64,000 nucleotides of DNA, taken from positions 52,627 through 116,626 of the forward strand of contig CAZEBU010000001.1 in the NCBI GenBank assembly GCA_964510435.1, given 5' to 3'. Below the pieces are notes generated by a model. The model had not been told where the DNA came from and ran no database searches. It saw only the letters and a program-made list of their open reading frames with translations. Below, one piece after another: positions 46,111 through 55,956 of the stretch. The stretch comes from an uncultured Candidatus Saccharibacteria bacterium (GTDB lineage: Bacteria; Patescibacteriota; WWE3; UBA101185; UBA10185). The stretch's first letter is position 1. Each line of letters starts with the position of its first letter. Made by a program: the position numbers and the translations under genes.

Positions 46111-46494
46111 TTATTTTTTCCTATCTTCCCAAATGCCCATAACCACACCCTCGGTGTCAGTAAATCTTGCGTAAAAACCCATATCACCAACCTCGGTTTT
46201 TGGCATAACCATTTTACCTCCCGCTTCCTCGATTTTTTTCACATAGTCATCTATGGAAGGTACTGTAATGACCAAGACGGGATTAGTGCCCCCGTTATCT
46301 TCTTCTGATATCATGCCTCCATTGATGGCACCCATTTTTTGGGGCATGTTATCCTTGTCGGTTTCCACAGTGTGCAGCATGGTATAACTCATCTCCAGTA
46401 TATCATGTGCATGCCAACTAAAAACATTGGCATAAAACTTTTTTGATCTTTCCAAATCTTTTGCGGGTATTTCAAAATGTCCTACATAATCCAT
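46111..46494 (-). CDS. VOC (glyoxalase/bleomycin-resistance/dioxygenase) family protein
   Basis: A beta-alpha-beta-beta-beta module with the HFEIPAKD start. Confidence 0.55.
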   Translation of the reverse strand: MDYVGHFEIPAKDLERSKKFYANVFSWHAHDILEMSYTMLHTVETDKDNMPQKMGAINGGMISEEDNGGTNPVLVITVPSIDDYVKKIEEAGGKMVMPKTEVGDMGFYARFTDTEGVVMGIWEDRKK

Positions 46495-46565
46495 TTTAAA
46501 TTCCTTTCGAAAAATTTTTTACGGTTTTTTGATGATATCGTGAAAATAAATATGTACCTATATGT

Positions 46566-47033
46566 TTATTTTAACTTCTTCACATCCTCCAATACCTGCT
46601 GTGCGTGTTCTTTAGGTTTTACATTTTTATAAATTTTGGCTATTTCTCCTCGAGGATTAATTAAAAATGATGACCGTACCGTACCCATATATTCCCGTCC
46701 CATCATTTTTTTCTTCTGCCACACACCGTACAAGTCCACCACTTCTTTATTTTCGTCAGCTAGTAGAGTAAAGGGCAGATTATACTTTTCAGCGAATTTT
46801 TTATGAGAGGCAACCGAATCAACGCTCACCCCCAAGACAGTAATTCCCAAATCCTTAAAATCAGGAAAACTATCCCTTATTTGGCAGGCTTCCGTGGTAC
46901 AACCCGGTGTACTATCTTTAGGGTAAAAATAAAGTAACACCCGGTTTCCCAGATATTGTTCCAAACTGTGATTGACCCCATTTTGATCAGGTAAATCAAA
47001 TTTGGGCGCTTCTTCACTTAGCTTCAATTCCAT
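46566..47033 (-). CDS. bcp: peroxiredoxin, Bcp type
   Basis: FYPKDSTPGCTTEAC. Confidence 0.8.
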   Translation of the reverse strand: MELKLSEEAPKFDLPDQNGVNHSLEQYLGNRVLLYFYPKDSTPGCTTEACQIRDSFPDFKDLGITVLGVSVDSVASHKKFAEKYNLPFTLLADENKEVVDLYGVWQKKKMMGREYMGTVRSSFLINPRGEIAKIYKNVKPKEHAQQVLEDVKKLK

Positions 47034-47057
47034 ACGCGTCCTTTCTTAACTCACAAC

Positions 47058-47576
47058 TTACTGAACCTCTACCACTAAAGTTCCCACCATACCAAGTTCA
47101 CGATGCTTTCCCACGCTGCAGTAATACTCAAACGTGCCTGCTTGATCTGCTATAAAAGTAACTTCGCTGGTTTGCCCTGTACCTATAGTATCCGTACTCG
47201 CGTTAAACTCGTCTATTACCCAGTTGTGAGTGCCTCCCACGTTATTAAAGACAATTTTAACCGTTTCACCCTGCTTAACTTTTATGTCCTTTAACGAGAA
47301 GGAATAGTTTCCTCCATCTACGTTAAAAACCCGCATCCCACCTTCCATTACACCCTCGTCCATCATCTTATCTTCTTCCATCATTCCCTCGTCCTCTTCC
47401 ATCATTCCCTCGTCTTCTTCCAAAACCACTTCTTTTTTGTCTAGCGCTGCCGGTGCAGGCGGCACACCGTTAGTGGCAAATTGTTCTTGTGCAGGATTAT
47501 TTTGTCTGAAAAACAAAAGTCCTCCAAAAACGATCACGATCAAAGCTATTACTAATAAAGATTGTTTATTCATCAA
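47058..47576 (-). CDS. membrane-anchored cupredoxin (plastocyanin-like type-1 copper protein) with a Met-rich repeat linker
   Basis: Type-1 copper ligands H(GTHNW)...C-x4-H-x4-M (CSVGKHRELGM), the EEDEGMMEEDEGMMEEDKMMDEGVM repeats, and an N-terminal TM helix. Confidence 0.6.
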   Translation of the reverse strand: MMNKQSLLVIALIVIVFGGLLFFRQNNPAQEQFATNGVPPAPAALDKKEVVLEEDEGMMEEDEGMMEEDKMMDEGVMEGGMRVFNVDGGNYSFSLKDIKVKQGETVKIVFNNVGGTHNWVIDEFNASTDTIGTGQTSEVTFIADQAGTFEYYCSVGKHRELGMVGTLVVEVQ

Positions 47577-47660
47577 GACACCCCCTTCGAGTCGATAATA
47601 AAATTTAATACGGCCTAATCAAAAAGTATTATTTAGAGTAATATAAATATCGATTGTTGT

Positions 47661-49367
47661 CTATATACAAAAACTGCCTACATAAGCTTTTTTACCTATT
47701 GGGTTATACAAAAACGAAAAGTATTGCTGATCATATTCCAGTTTATGTAGATTGTTCTTTATTCTAGGCTGCCCGGAAGGCTTCCTTCCCTCATATATTC
47801 TAGGGTTTTTTAACATTCCTTTATCCAGATGATCATCAACCCTCTCAAAAACTTTTAATACTTGTGAATCGGTATCCAAAGTATAGTTATAGACAAAACA
47901 TTTATATTCTCCGGAAGGGAGTTTATCGTAACCGTCAAAATTATTATTTTTTACCGCGTACATATATTTATCATACGGACCTAATAGGTATATATTTGTC
48001 ACCAGTTCATATTTATCCCTTAGTAAAGAGGCTTGCTGCCAGCTTAATCTTGTTCTTTGAAAAAAATCTATTTGCAGAAAAAACGATATGGCTATGAACA
48101 AAATAAGTACACTTGTGGCAATTTTTCCTGAGTAAGCAAGCTCATATGATCTAAAATAATTTACAGAATAGAAAATTAATAGTGTAATTCCCGGAACTAG
48201 AAGATATCTATCGTAGAAATCTGCTGAGAATAAAAGTGCTCCAACGTTTAGCGCTATTACCATAATGAGAAACTTATTTGTATTATTTTTCATTAAGTCA
48301 CTTCTTTTTGTTAAAGAATAAAGTAAATAAGAAGTACTAAAAGAAATTAGGGAGGAAAGAAATATTTTAAAAACAATGTTATCAAAAACACTTAAATTAT
48401 GTTGCGCAAATGATTTAACATGCAAACCCTCTAGGTAGAAAACACTTCCTATGGGGAACAGATCAAATTTATAGATCGGATAGAATAAAACTACACTAAT
48501 TACCAGAATGATCAGTAAATTTTTATTTCCTTTTATTTTTTCGGGAAAAAAAGTTAAAACCGGCACTAGAAAATAGGCAAAATAGGGCAGGGCAAACAAA
48601 TACAAGACCCATCTCATCTTAAAACCCTCCCAAGTGTTAATACTTTTCAAAGTATTGGTTAAAAAAGAAGCGGTTTCAAAACCAACATCCGAAGGAAATC
48701 TCTGCCAAAAAGCAAAAACCAAAATTGCTATTGCCAAAGGTAAAAAGCCGATTAAAACAGACTTTATTAACTTCTTTTTCTCTAATTTCTCCTCACTAAA
48801 CAAAAACGTAAAGATCAAAGCCAAAAAAGAAATCAAACCAATTTGTCTTACCAAAAATGAGAGTCCGCAAAACAAGGAGCCAAGAAACAAATCCTTTTTA
48901 CTTTTAAACTTTAAAAACTTTAGGTAATAAAATAAGGTAAAGATAAAAAAAAATAAAAAGTAATTTTCTGTCATGAAAGAAAAGGCTGAGGTATAAACCA
49001 GCGGATTAAACAAAAAGGTCAAAAGAATGATTCTCTGCGCAAACTTGGAAATTTCAAATATAGATAAGATTTTTTTAATGCCAAAAGCCGTCAGGAAAGT
49101 TACAATAATAGTTAAAATTCTCAACGCAGTATGGGAAAAACCAAATACCAAGACCCACAAATACCCCAACACAGCCTGAGCAATAAAAACCGGATCAATG
49201 AGTGAACTCATGGTAAATTTACCCAAACTAAAAGCCAGAACCTGTCGGGAAAAAATCCAGTCATCATTAATGACAAACTCACCAAGAGGATTAACAAAAA
49301 TTACAGAAAGTAAAAATAGACTGAGAGGCAGAAAGAGTGATGATTCGAAAAGTTTCTTCTTTAACAT
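47661..49367 (-). CDS. large polytopic membrane protein, glycosyltransferase family 39/83-like (ArnT/PMT fold)
   Basis: About 14 TM helices and 568 aa. Confidence 0.35.
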   Translation of the reverse strand: MLKKKLFESSLFLPLSLFLLSVIFVNPLGEFVINDDWIFSRQVLAFSLGKFTMSSLIDPVFIAQAVLGYLWVLVFGFSHTALRILTIIVTFLTAFGIKKILSIFEISKFAQRIILLTFLFNPLVYTSAFSFMTENYFLFFFIFTLFYYLKFLKFKSKKDLFLGSLFCGLSFLVRQIGLISFLALIFTFLFSEEKLEKKKLIKSVLIGFLPLAIAILVFAFWQRFPSDVGFETASFLTNTLKSINTWEGFKMRWVLYLFALPYFAYFLVPVLTFFPEKIKGNKNLLIILVISVVLFYPIYKFDLFPIGSVFYLEGLHVKSFAQHNLSVFDNIVFKIFLSSLISFSTSYLLYSLTKRSDLMKNNTNKFLIMVIALNVGALLFSADFYDRYLLVPGITLLIFYSVNYFRSYELAYSGKIATSVLILFIAISFFLQIDFFQRTRLSWQQASLLRDKYELVTNIYLLGPYDKYMYAVKNNNFDGYDKLPSGEYKCFVYNYTLDTDSQVLKVFERVDDHLDKGMLKNPRIYEGRKPSGQPRIKNNLHKLEYDQQYFSFLYNPIGKKAYVGSFCI

Positions 49368-49377
49368 CTTAACCCCA

Positions 49378-49926
49378 TTATAAAATAGAGTTATTTGCCC
49401 TTATTACATAAGCAACAATTTTAACAAAAAAGTGAAAGATCAAACCCATAATTATCGTTAAAACCACAAATGCTATGTCCACATTAACAAACACCAGCTG
49501 CATTACTAAAATACCCACGATCCAAGCTGTCTGATCAAAAGGAAACCACGGAGATCCTGGTTTTCTCCCCTGACGACGCTTGAAAAAACTTTTAATGACA
49601 TCTCCCCCTAAAGCGCCTATACCAAGGTACAGTCCATAATATGCAGGCAGTGTTTCCAGGTTGGGCTCAACAGAAGCGAGAAAACTTTCCGGATTGCGGG
49701 TTAGAAAGAAATTCTGCAAGACAAAAGTGAGGTGAGCAAACAGCATGCCTGTAAGAACTCCTCTAAAAGTCTTTTGATAACCAAGGATTCTCTTACCTTT
49801 AATTTTTCTATTAAGATCCAGAGGATAGTAAAGCTTTGGGAAGAGCCTGGTCGCAATCGGCGGCGTAGCGTTAGCTAAAGCACCGGACAGACCCAGCCAA
49901 ATCACTCTCACAAGCAAATAAAGCAT
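49378..49926 (-). CDS. CDP-archaeol synthase-like (CarS/DUF46) CTP-transferase family membrane protein
   Basis: LANATPPIA...GKRILGYQKTFRGVLTG...GALGGDVIKSFFKRRQG matches the CarS pattern. Confidence 0.55.
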   Translation of the reverse strand: MLYLLVRVIWLGLSGALANATPPIATRLFPKLYYPLDLNRKIKGKRILGYQKTFRGVLTGMLFAHLTFVLQNFFLTRNPESFLASVEPNLETLPAYYGLYLGIGALGGDVIKSFFKRRQGRKPGSPWFPFDQTAWIVGILVMQLVFVNVDIAFVVLTIIMGLIFHFFVKIVAYVIRANNSIL

Positions 49927-50009
49927 ACTTTATTATACCTCACCGCGTTCGGTGCGTTCCTTCGGAACTAAGCTCGCTATGCTCGCTACGTCACTGCGTG
50001 ACTAAACTC

Positions 50010-50090
50010 ACTTCGTAATATATCTGACTTCGTTTGATGTATTACTTCGTAATATATCTGACTTCGTTTGATGTATTACTTCGTAATATA
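50010..50090. repeat. tandem direct repeat, 2.4 x 34 bp (ACTTCGTAATATATCTGACTTCGTTTGATGTATT)
   Basis: Units at 50010-50043 and 50044-50077, partial at 50078-50090. Each unit holds two ACTTCGT half-repeats and TTGATG/TAATAT promoter-like hexamers. Confidence 0.8.
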
Positions 50091-50104
50091 ATATACTGGT
50101 AATC

Positions 50105-50170
50105 TCGGGGTGTATAACTCGCTTCGCTCGTTAGCGATCGTAGCTAACGCTCCGATATCTAATGCTCAGT
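50105..50170 (+). promoter_or_regulatory. conserved tRNA-Pro 5' leader (copy 2)
   Basis: See 26916-26980. Confidence 0.5.
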
Positions 50171-50188
50171 AGGAAAAGTACCTCTCTG

Positions 50189-50264
50189 CGGGGTGTAGCT
50201 CAGTTGGAAGAGTGCACGATTCGGGTTCGTGAGGCCGTCGGTTCGAGTCCGACCACCCCGACCA
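50189..50264 (+). tRNA. tRNA-Pro (anticodon CGG), CCA encoded
   Basis: Acceptor CGGGGTG/CACCCCG; anticodon stem CACGA/TCGTG with loop UUCGGGU; T-arm GTCGG-TTCGAGT-CCGAC. Confidence 0.85.
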
Positions 50265-50531
50265 AACTTGAAAAATCAGTATTTGAAAGCCCCAATATTT
50301 TTTCCAATAGTAACTAATTCGAACGGTTTAACACTTTTCAATTTTGCATTTACCAGTAAGTTATTTTTCTTAAGCAGTACAAAAGACTAGTATAGAGAGG
50401 TATCAAATCTTCCACTTCTTATATGAAGATTCCTATTTTCACTTTTAACTTGTTCAAAAAAAATACATTCAGAAATTATGTGCGTGCTAAAATAGTTTTG
50501 CTAAGAATCATATTGAGTATTAGCTACAAAG

Positions 50532-52286
50532 ATGCCACATTCTAAAAGGGGGAAATTAGGAATAATGCTAAAAAGCAGAACTTTATACATTTTTTTAATA
50601 ATATCCTTAGTACTCACATATCTACTAGCAAAAGCGCGCTACACAGATTTATTAACTTATTCTTTGACTCAGAGAACTTTTATCTATAATGAGGTGCTTG
50701 AATCAGAAAGCCAAATATCGTCTTTGTTATTTGAAAATTTCAATTGTGGATTCAAAGAAGCATCCACCTCATGTTTCTTGTCATATAGACTGTATATACT
50801 GGCACTCTTGGCCCTTGGTCTAACCAACATATTTATTTTTACTAGATATATAGGGCGTTTTAGAAAAAGAGTTATTCTAATATTAATAGTAGCATCTAAC
50901 TTATATCTACTTTTTCTTACATATCTTATTGCAGTTACTTCCGAAATCTATTTAATTGAAGAGCTATCAAATCAAGCTAACGGGGATTTATCTTCATATA
51001 TCCAAGAGGTTAGAAAGGGCGATTTCGTTAAAACTAATCCAAATTTTAGCTTATTAGATTTATCTAAAGATATCGAAATAATTGATGTTAATCCAAAAGA
51101 GGAGGGCTTTCTTGAGTATGCAGGTGTCGAGCTTAATGAAGAAAACACACTGTATAAATCTGTAGTACTGCCCTGGTATGCATATTCGGCTCACTCGTAT
51201 CCGCTTATTGATAGTCTCTCTTTTGAAATCATACTAATAGGGAACAGGGTGATAGTTGTAAACAGCATCAGTAAAGAAAGTCTTGATTTTATTGCACCTA
51301 AATTAGTAAAAAGTGTAATTACCAAAAACTATCCTGAAGTTCTCTTAGAACAAAACGTAGAGTTTTTCATTCTCGACGTTGAAGAATACAATAAGGTACT
51401 CAACAAAGAAATCGATGAAGCAAAAGCAGAAGCTCACAAAACAATTTCCAACATTAACTACAAAATAAGTCAGGTAAATGACGCTATCGCTAATAATAAC
51501 GAGATAATAAACAATCTACAGAACAATCTTAATGAACTGGATGAGGTGTATGAAGAATGGAAGGAAGAAGTTGAAAATGAATATGATTACTACTGTAGTG
51601 GTATCTATTACTCACAAAACCGAAGCTGGTGTGAAAAAACCAGAGATGTTATCGATGAGGGTAAAGACCAAGCAGAAAAAGATAAACAAAATCTAATAAA
51701 GGATGCAAATCTCGCAAGGCAGTACAACGCTGAGTGGGCATTAACGCTCAACGAATACCACTCATATTTGAAAAGTTTACAGGACTACTTAGAGCAGATA
51801 GAAAAAGATCCAGTTACTCCTGAGCTTCAAGCTGGAGTCACGTATAGCGAAGGTGGAATAAAAAAGATATATATTAAATACTACGGATCCAAAGAACATT
51901 TGTTCTCATACTATACACACGTCGCACTACATGAGTATTTACATATCCTTTCCAACAGTGATGGCGGTGGTTGGCCTACTGGATTAACAGAAGGTATGAC
52001 AGACTACTTAGCTGATGAATTAAATAACGGAATCCTCAAGTATAGGTATAAACCAGGGGATCTAATTGGTTATCAAAACGAAGTTGAGATACTGAAAGAT
52101 ATACTTGAAGATGTTAACGAAGATCGGTTTATACACATGTATTTCTTTGATATGAGTGAAGAAACTTTGGAAGATTTCATCGAGGGCGCCTACCAAAACC
52201 TAGATTACGACAAGTTCTCAATTTTAATTGACGAAATATATTATTCTCAACAATTGAACAGTAACAACCTGCTAGATATTCTATAA
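50532..52286 (+). CDS. membrane protein with a coiled-coil region and a C-terminal HExxH (putative zinc-metallopeptidase-like) domain
   Basis: N-terminal TM helices, VALHEYLHIL followed by GLTEGMTDY, and 584 aa. Confidence 0.35.
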   Translation: MPHSKRGKLGIMLKSRTLYIFLIISLVLTYLLAKARYTDLLTYSLTQRTFIYNEVLESESQISSLLFENFNCGFKEASTSCFLSYRLYILALLALGLTNIFIFTRYIGRFRKRVILILIVASNLYLLFLTYLIAVTSEIYLIEELSNQANGDLSSYIQEVRKGDFVKTNPNFSLLDLSKDIEIIDVNPKEEGFLEYAGVELNEENTLYKSVVLPWYAYSAHSYPLIDSLSFEIILIGNRVIVVNSISKESLDFIAPKLVKSVITKNYPEVLLEQNVEFFILDVEEYNKVLNKEIDEAKAEAHKTISNINYKISQVNDAIANNNEIINNLQNNLNELDEVYEEWKEEVENEYDYYCSGIYYSQNRSWCEKTRDVIDEGKDQAEKDKQNLIKDANLARQYNAEWALTLNEYHSYLKSLQDYLEQIEKDPVTPELQAGVTYSEGGIKKIYIKYYGSKEHLFSYYTHVALHEYLHILSNSDGGGWPTGLTEGMTDYLADELNNGILKYRYKPGDLIGYQNEVEILKDILEDVNEDRFIHMYFFDMSEETLEDFIEGAYQNLDYDKFSILIDEIYYSQQLNSNNLLDIL

Positions 52287-52301
52287 GTAATTTATAGGTC
52301 T

Positions 52302-52850
52302 ATGTCAAGCTCAGAAGAACAAAAGACATATCTGGAAAGCATTGCTAAAGAGGTTCTATCAAAGTACAGACGACCAGATAGTGTGTTAACCCATTCTCCT
52401 AGTATTGGAAACTATCATGAAAGAATTTTACGTAATGTTATAAAAGAATACTTGCCTAACTCCTTTAATGTAGGTGAAGGTTTTATTATTAACAACAACG
52501 GTGACGCCAGTCATCAAATAGATACCCTTGTCGTAGACAGTTTAGACCCTAGGTCATATGTTTACAAAGAGAAGGGTTTCTTTATAGTTTCAAATATCGC
52601 TGTCGTAAACTTCAGCGAAGTAAAAACATACTGCAATAAAAATGATTTTATAAAATCTTTCCACAAACTAATAAGAACTTCTTTGCTACTAGGTGACGAC
52701 CACTCGTCTCGAGCTACTTCATTTATATTCTGCTATGACGCTAGAGTGAGTGCAGAAACATTCAAAAGCTGGCCTGATAATGCTATAAGTAAATTAGAAA
52801 ACATGATGTTACTAACTCGTGGAATTATCCAGATTTTATCTTTTGCTTGA
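52302..52850 (+). CDS. hypothetical protein, possible PD-(D/E)xK nuclease fold
   Basis: QIDTLVVD...NFSEVK spacing. Confidence 0.25.
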   Translation: MSSSEEQKTYLESIAKEVLSKYRRPDSVLTHSPSIGNYHERILRNVIKEYLPNSFNVGEGFIINNNGDASHQIDTLVVDSLDPRSYVYKEKGFFIVSNIAVVNFSEVKTYCNKNDFIKSFHKLIRTSLLLGDDHSSRATSFIFCYDARVSAETFKSWPDNAISKLENMMLLTRGIIQILSFA

Positions 52851-53068
52851 AAAAAAATGTCATGCTTGAAAGAAAACCTATAAGAGGTAGTTTTTACATA
52901 TTTTTACACTATTGATACAAACAAAAAATCTAATCTCGTAAAAGAGATTATAATGCAGAGTGTTTTCCAATGTATAACCAATGAGTGTGGACGAACGAGA
53001 ACGCAGCAGGGCATACGACTACCTGGTCTTAGCTAAAATACGCACTTGGTAACTTTTAGTGAACCAAA

Positions 53069-53599
53069 ATGTATAATTTAACAGTGGATGAATCTAATCT
53101 CTCAACTACATTAGACATTACGAATATGCTAATAGGTCGCTTAGATCTCTTTATCAATTTCGTTGGAGTGATTTCTACAATATCTCTGGGTTTTATAGCT
53201 TTCCTTGCTTGGAAACACAATGAGCTGAGAAAGCAAGCAGAAAATGAGGTGGAAAAGGCTAAGAAACTAGGTAATGAGATTTCTATCTTAAACACAAGTT
53301 TCAATGAATTACTAGAAAAACAACGTGAACAAGCCTTAAAAATTGATGAATTATTCAACACAGCGGATAGAGACGTAGAGGAAATTAAAGAGTTGGCTCA
53401 AAGTATAAGTACAAGCGATGAGGAAATAACAAAGATTAAAAATAAGCTAAATGAAAAGATTCAGATCGTAGAAAAGACGCTTAGTAGCCTTGCTACCACA
53501 TCTAGATACACTCCTGGAGATGTACCTACTGAAACAAGTAAGGATTCGGGTTTCGATGTATTAAGAAGCTTTCTATGGCCAGATAAAGATAAGAAGTAA
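53069..53599 (+). CDS. hypothetical TM and coiled-coil protein
   Basis: ORF. Confidence 0.3.
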   Translation: MYNLTVDESNLSTTLDITNMLIGRLDLFINFVGVISTISLGFIAFLAWKHNELRKQAENEVEKAKKLGNEISILNTSFNELLEKQREQALKIDELFNTADRDVEEIKELAQSISTSDEEITKIKNKLNEKIQIVEKTLSSLATTSRYTPGDVPTETSKDSGFDVLRSFLWPDKDKK

Positions 53600-53701
53600 G
53601 AGTTGTAAAACTATAGAAAAGTGCTGAAAATTCAGTGTATAGCATGCCTTAAGCAGATAGAGCAAAAACCCTAAAACGTATGGTTCAGCAAGCACTATGA
53701 A

Positions 53702-53733
53702 GTTTAAAACATCGTTCTGTATAGTCGACTATA
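53702..53733 (+). repeat. junction repeat, copy 10
   Basis: GTTTAAAACATCGTTCTGTATAGTCGACTATA, with a perfect palindrome TATAGTCGACTATA. Confidence 0.55.
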
Positions 53734-54303
53734 CTAGAAACTTAACCAACTGAGAATTAAGCTCAGTAAGGTCTGTTGCACATCCACTACCATTCCGCTC
53801 TCATCCAGTAGAAGCTTCTTTTCAATCTTTACCGGTATTATAAAGAATAGCTTCTCATCTTCAAATACAATAACAACGTCATCGCCCACGGGAATAAATT
53901 CACTAACATCAATATCCTCAATGTTAACTCCGGATCTTACCGATTTTTCATCAACAGATACTTCTGACACAACGGAGGGTGTGCTGACTTCGTCTATAGA
54001 AGGTGTACTAACCTCATCCACAGAGGGGGTGCTGACTTCATCCACCGATGGTGTGCTGACTTCATCGATAGAGGGTGTACTAACCTCATCGACGGATGGA
54101 GTACTTACCTCATCGTCGCCATTGGAAGCCTCAGAGGATCCGCTGCTCTCATCAGCGTATGTGGTAGATAATGAACCATTGCTCACTAACACACTAACTA
54201 CTATGGCTAAAATTAATATACCTATAAAAGACAGAAGAATTTTTTCTGTTTTAGGCAGTTTTTTCATAGTATTAAATATCCCATATAATGGTTTAAATTT
54301 CAA
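53734..54303 (-). CDS. secreted protein with seven tandem VDEVSTPS(I/V) octapeptide repeats
   Basis: An N-terminal signal anchor, with 24-bp DNA tandem repeats at about 53972-54117. Confidence 0.4.
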   Translation of the reverse strand: MKFKPLYGIFNTMKKLPKTEKILLSFIGILILAIVVSVLVSNGSLSTTYADESSGSSEASNGDDEVSTPSVDEVSTPSIDEVSTPSVDEVSTPSVDEVSTPSIDEVSTPSVVSEVSVDEKSVRSGVNIEDIDVSEFIPVGDDVVIVFEDEKLFFIIPVKIEKKLLLDESGMVVDVQQTLLSLILSWLSF

Positions 54304-54964
54304 CTTCGCTAATCACGGCGTGTTTATTGATGTTTAAATAAGCCAAGATACCAAAACCAAAAACCTCAAGACTTTCCTCAAGAAGCCGAAAAAGATGTTC
54401 AACGGTAGAACTGCACCCAGGATCAAAGCAGAACACCAAAGTTTTACTTTTCCCTACCCACCCATCTATCATATCCAACAGCAAGGACACGGCCAAGACA
54501 AAAACTGCTGTGTATAAAAGCCTTCTTTCCTTGGGAGAGGCTTTTTTCCAAAGTAAAAATATGAGAGCACCTAAACTAAAAATTAATAATGGTAGATAGA
54601 GAATAACCCAACTGTAACTTGGAAAGGATGCTAAAAAAGGAGAGAGTTCTTGTGCCGCAGCGCTGAAACGCTCATGAAAATAGGTAGCATCGTCCATACT
54701 GAAAAATAAAAATGTTAGTGACAAAAAATACCAGATTATTCTCTTGGATCTCATATACACAGTGGCACTTGATAGAGCTATCAAAAGCAAGGCAATAACA
54801 CTCACCCAAGTCAACGGGGTCTGTTCTCTAGTTGCCAGAAAGATCTCCCCAAAGATCGTTTCGGGATAAAAAAAGTATGTAAGAATATCCAATAGCAAGA
54901 GCGCTACTGTTAATAACAGACCCAACCTAAAAATTTTATTTACAAAAGACTTTGTAAAATACAT
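54293..54964 (-). CDS. polytopic membrane protein, hypothetical
   Basis: Five or six TM helices. Confidence 0.3.
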   Translation of the reverse strand: MYFTKSFVNKIFRLGLLLTVALLLLDILTYFFYPETIFGEIFLATREQTPLTWVSVIALLLIALSSATVYMRSKRIIWYFLSLTFLFFSMDDATYFHERFSAAAQELSPFLASFPSYSWVILYLPLLIFSLGALIFLLWKKASPKERRLLYTAVFVLAVSLLLDMIDGWVGKSKTLVFCFDPGCSSTVEHLFRLLEESLEVFGFGILAYLNINKHAVISEVEI

Positions 54965-55089
54965 TTATAATTAGTATTTCATTCTCGTTTGGGGTTGTAA
55001 ATAAGCGGTTTTATCACAATACCAACTTGGTACGTTAGTGAAATTGTTCCTTGGGATAGAATAAAAACCGGAGATACTGTATTAACAAA

Positions 55090-55764
55090 CTAGGGCAAAA
55101 GACTTAATATCTCTGTGGCACGTTTTGGGTTACCCCTGCCAACAGGAAAATAACAGGGGATAACATTATAACTTTTACAATTGAGTTTAAATTTATAAAG
55201 TTTAATTTGACCTTCGGCGTTGACAGCATCGTAGTAATCACCTAGTTTTATTTTTTCACCAACAAGGGCATTAAAAGGTATAAGACCAAAAGTCACGATA
55301 TATTCCGGATCAACTAGCTCGATTTCCTTTTGCAGGACGGGTAAAAACGTTTTTATCTTGTCATTATTCGGAAGGGCTGCGTCCTCTCCGGTCCACTTCA
55401 CTATGTTTGTAAAATAAAACCCTCTCTCAGTCAGGTGGCTGTACACCTTGTCTGCAAAAGTCGTATCCCACTTTTTTCTTTTTGTTATTTCACTTAACAA
55501 ACTCTCATCAAGATGGCCTGCGTTTTTAAATATTTTCCAAATGTATTTTGTACCTGTCCAAGGTCTTCTTTTTCCTGTCCAGTTAGGGTCGGAGGAAATA
55601 TTTCTATAGGTAGGGTTAATAAACACAAACATATATCTAGGTTTGTGCAACTTACCACCTGCCATAATAGGTTTTTGTTTGCTTTCAGGAAAATATTCAG
55701 AATGTAGTATTTTGGTATACGTCCAAAGTTCCTCCAAGGTTTTTATGTGACTTAATTCTTTCAT
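55090..55764 (-). CDS. uracil-DNA glycosylase superfamily protein
   Basis: KPRYMFVFINPT, YFTNIVKW and a C-terminal CYFPVGRGNP resemble the family 4/5 UDG motifs. Confidence 0.45.
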   Translation of the reverse strand: MKELSHIKTLEELWTYTKILHSEYFPESKQKPIMAGGKLHKPRYMFVFINPTYRNISSDPNWTGKRRPWTGTKYIWKIFKNAGHLDESLLSEITKRKKWDTTFADKVYSHLTERGFYFTNIVKWTGEDAALPNNDKIKTFLPVLQKEIELVDPEYIVTFGLIPFNALVGEKIKLGDYYDAVNAEGQIKLYKFKLNCKSYNVIPCYFPVGRGNPKRATEILSLLP

Positions 55765-55798
55765 GCAGCATTATGTTAACATTCGAAGTCGTAACAAA

Positions 55799-55830
55799 GT
55801 TACAAACATCGTCCTGGGTAGTCGACTATA
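55799..55830 (+). repeat. junction repeat, copy 11
   Basis: GTTACAAACATCGTCCTGGGTAGTCGACTATA. Confidence 0.55.
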
Positions 55831-55875
55831 GCTTGGCAGACAGACCCTTGTGGTCTAGCTGGCAAGATATTGTGG

Positions 55876-55937
55876 TGGGAGGACGAGAACTCCATGTGCG
55901 AGCGAAGCGAGCACACTTCGAGTCCGGCCACCCTCCC
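55876..55937 (+). repeat. tRNA-3'-half-like element: GGGAGGACGAGAA...TTCGAGTCCGGCCACCCTCCC
   Basis: The same GGNRGGACGAGAA...GCGAGCG.AGCGAGC layout as at 28899-29001. The 5' GGGAGG pairs with the 3' CCTCCC, and there is a T-loop-like TTCGAGTCC. Confidence 0.45.
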
Positions 55938-55956
55938 TACATTGTACATCTAAAAG

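Noticed and set aside
47330-47420. DNA tandem repeat inside the cupredoxin gene
   Set aside because: It is explained by the Met-rich MMEEDEG peptide repeats of the encoded protein and is not an independent element.
50010-50090. Possible CRISPR array
   Set aside because: There are only 2.4 directly abutting 34-bp units with no spacers, and no cas genes are in the window.
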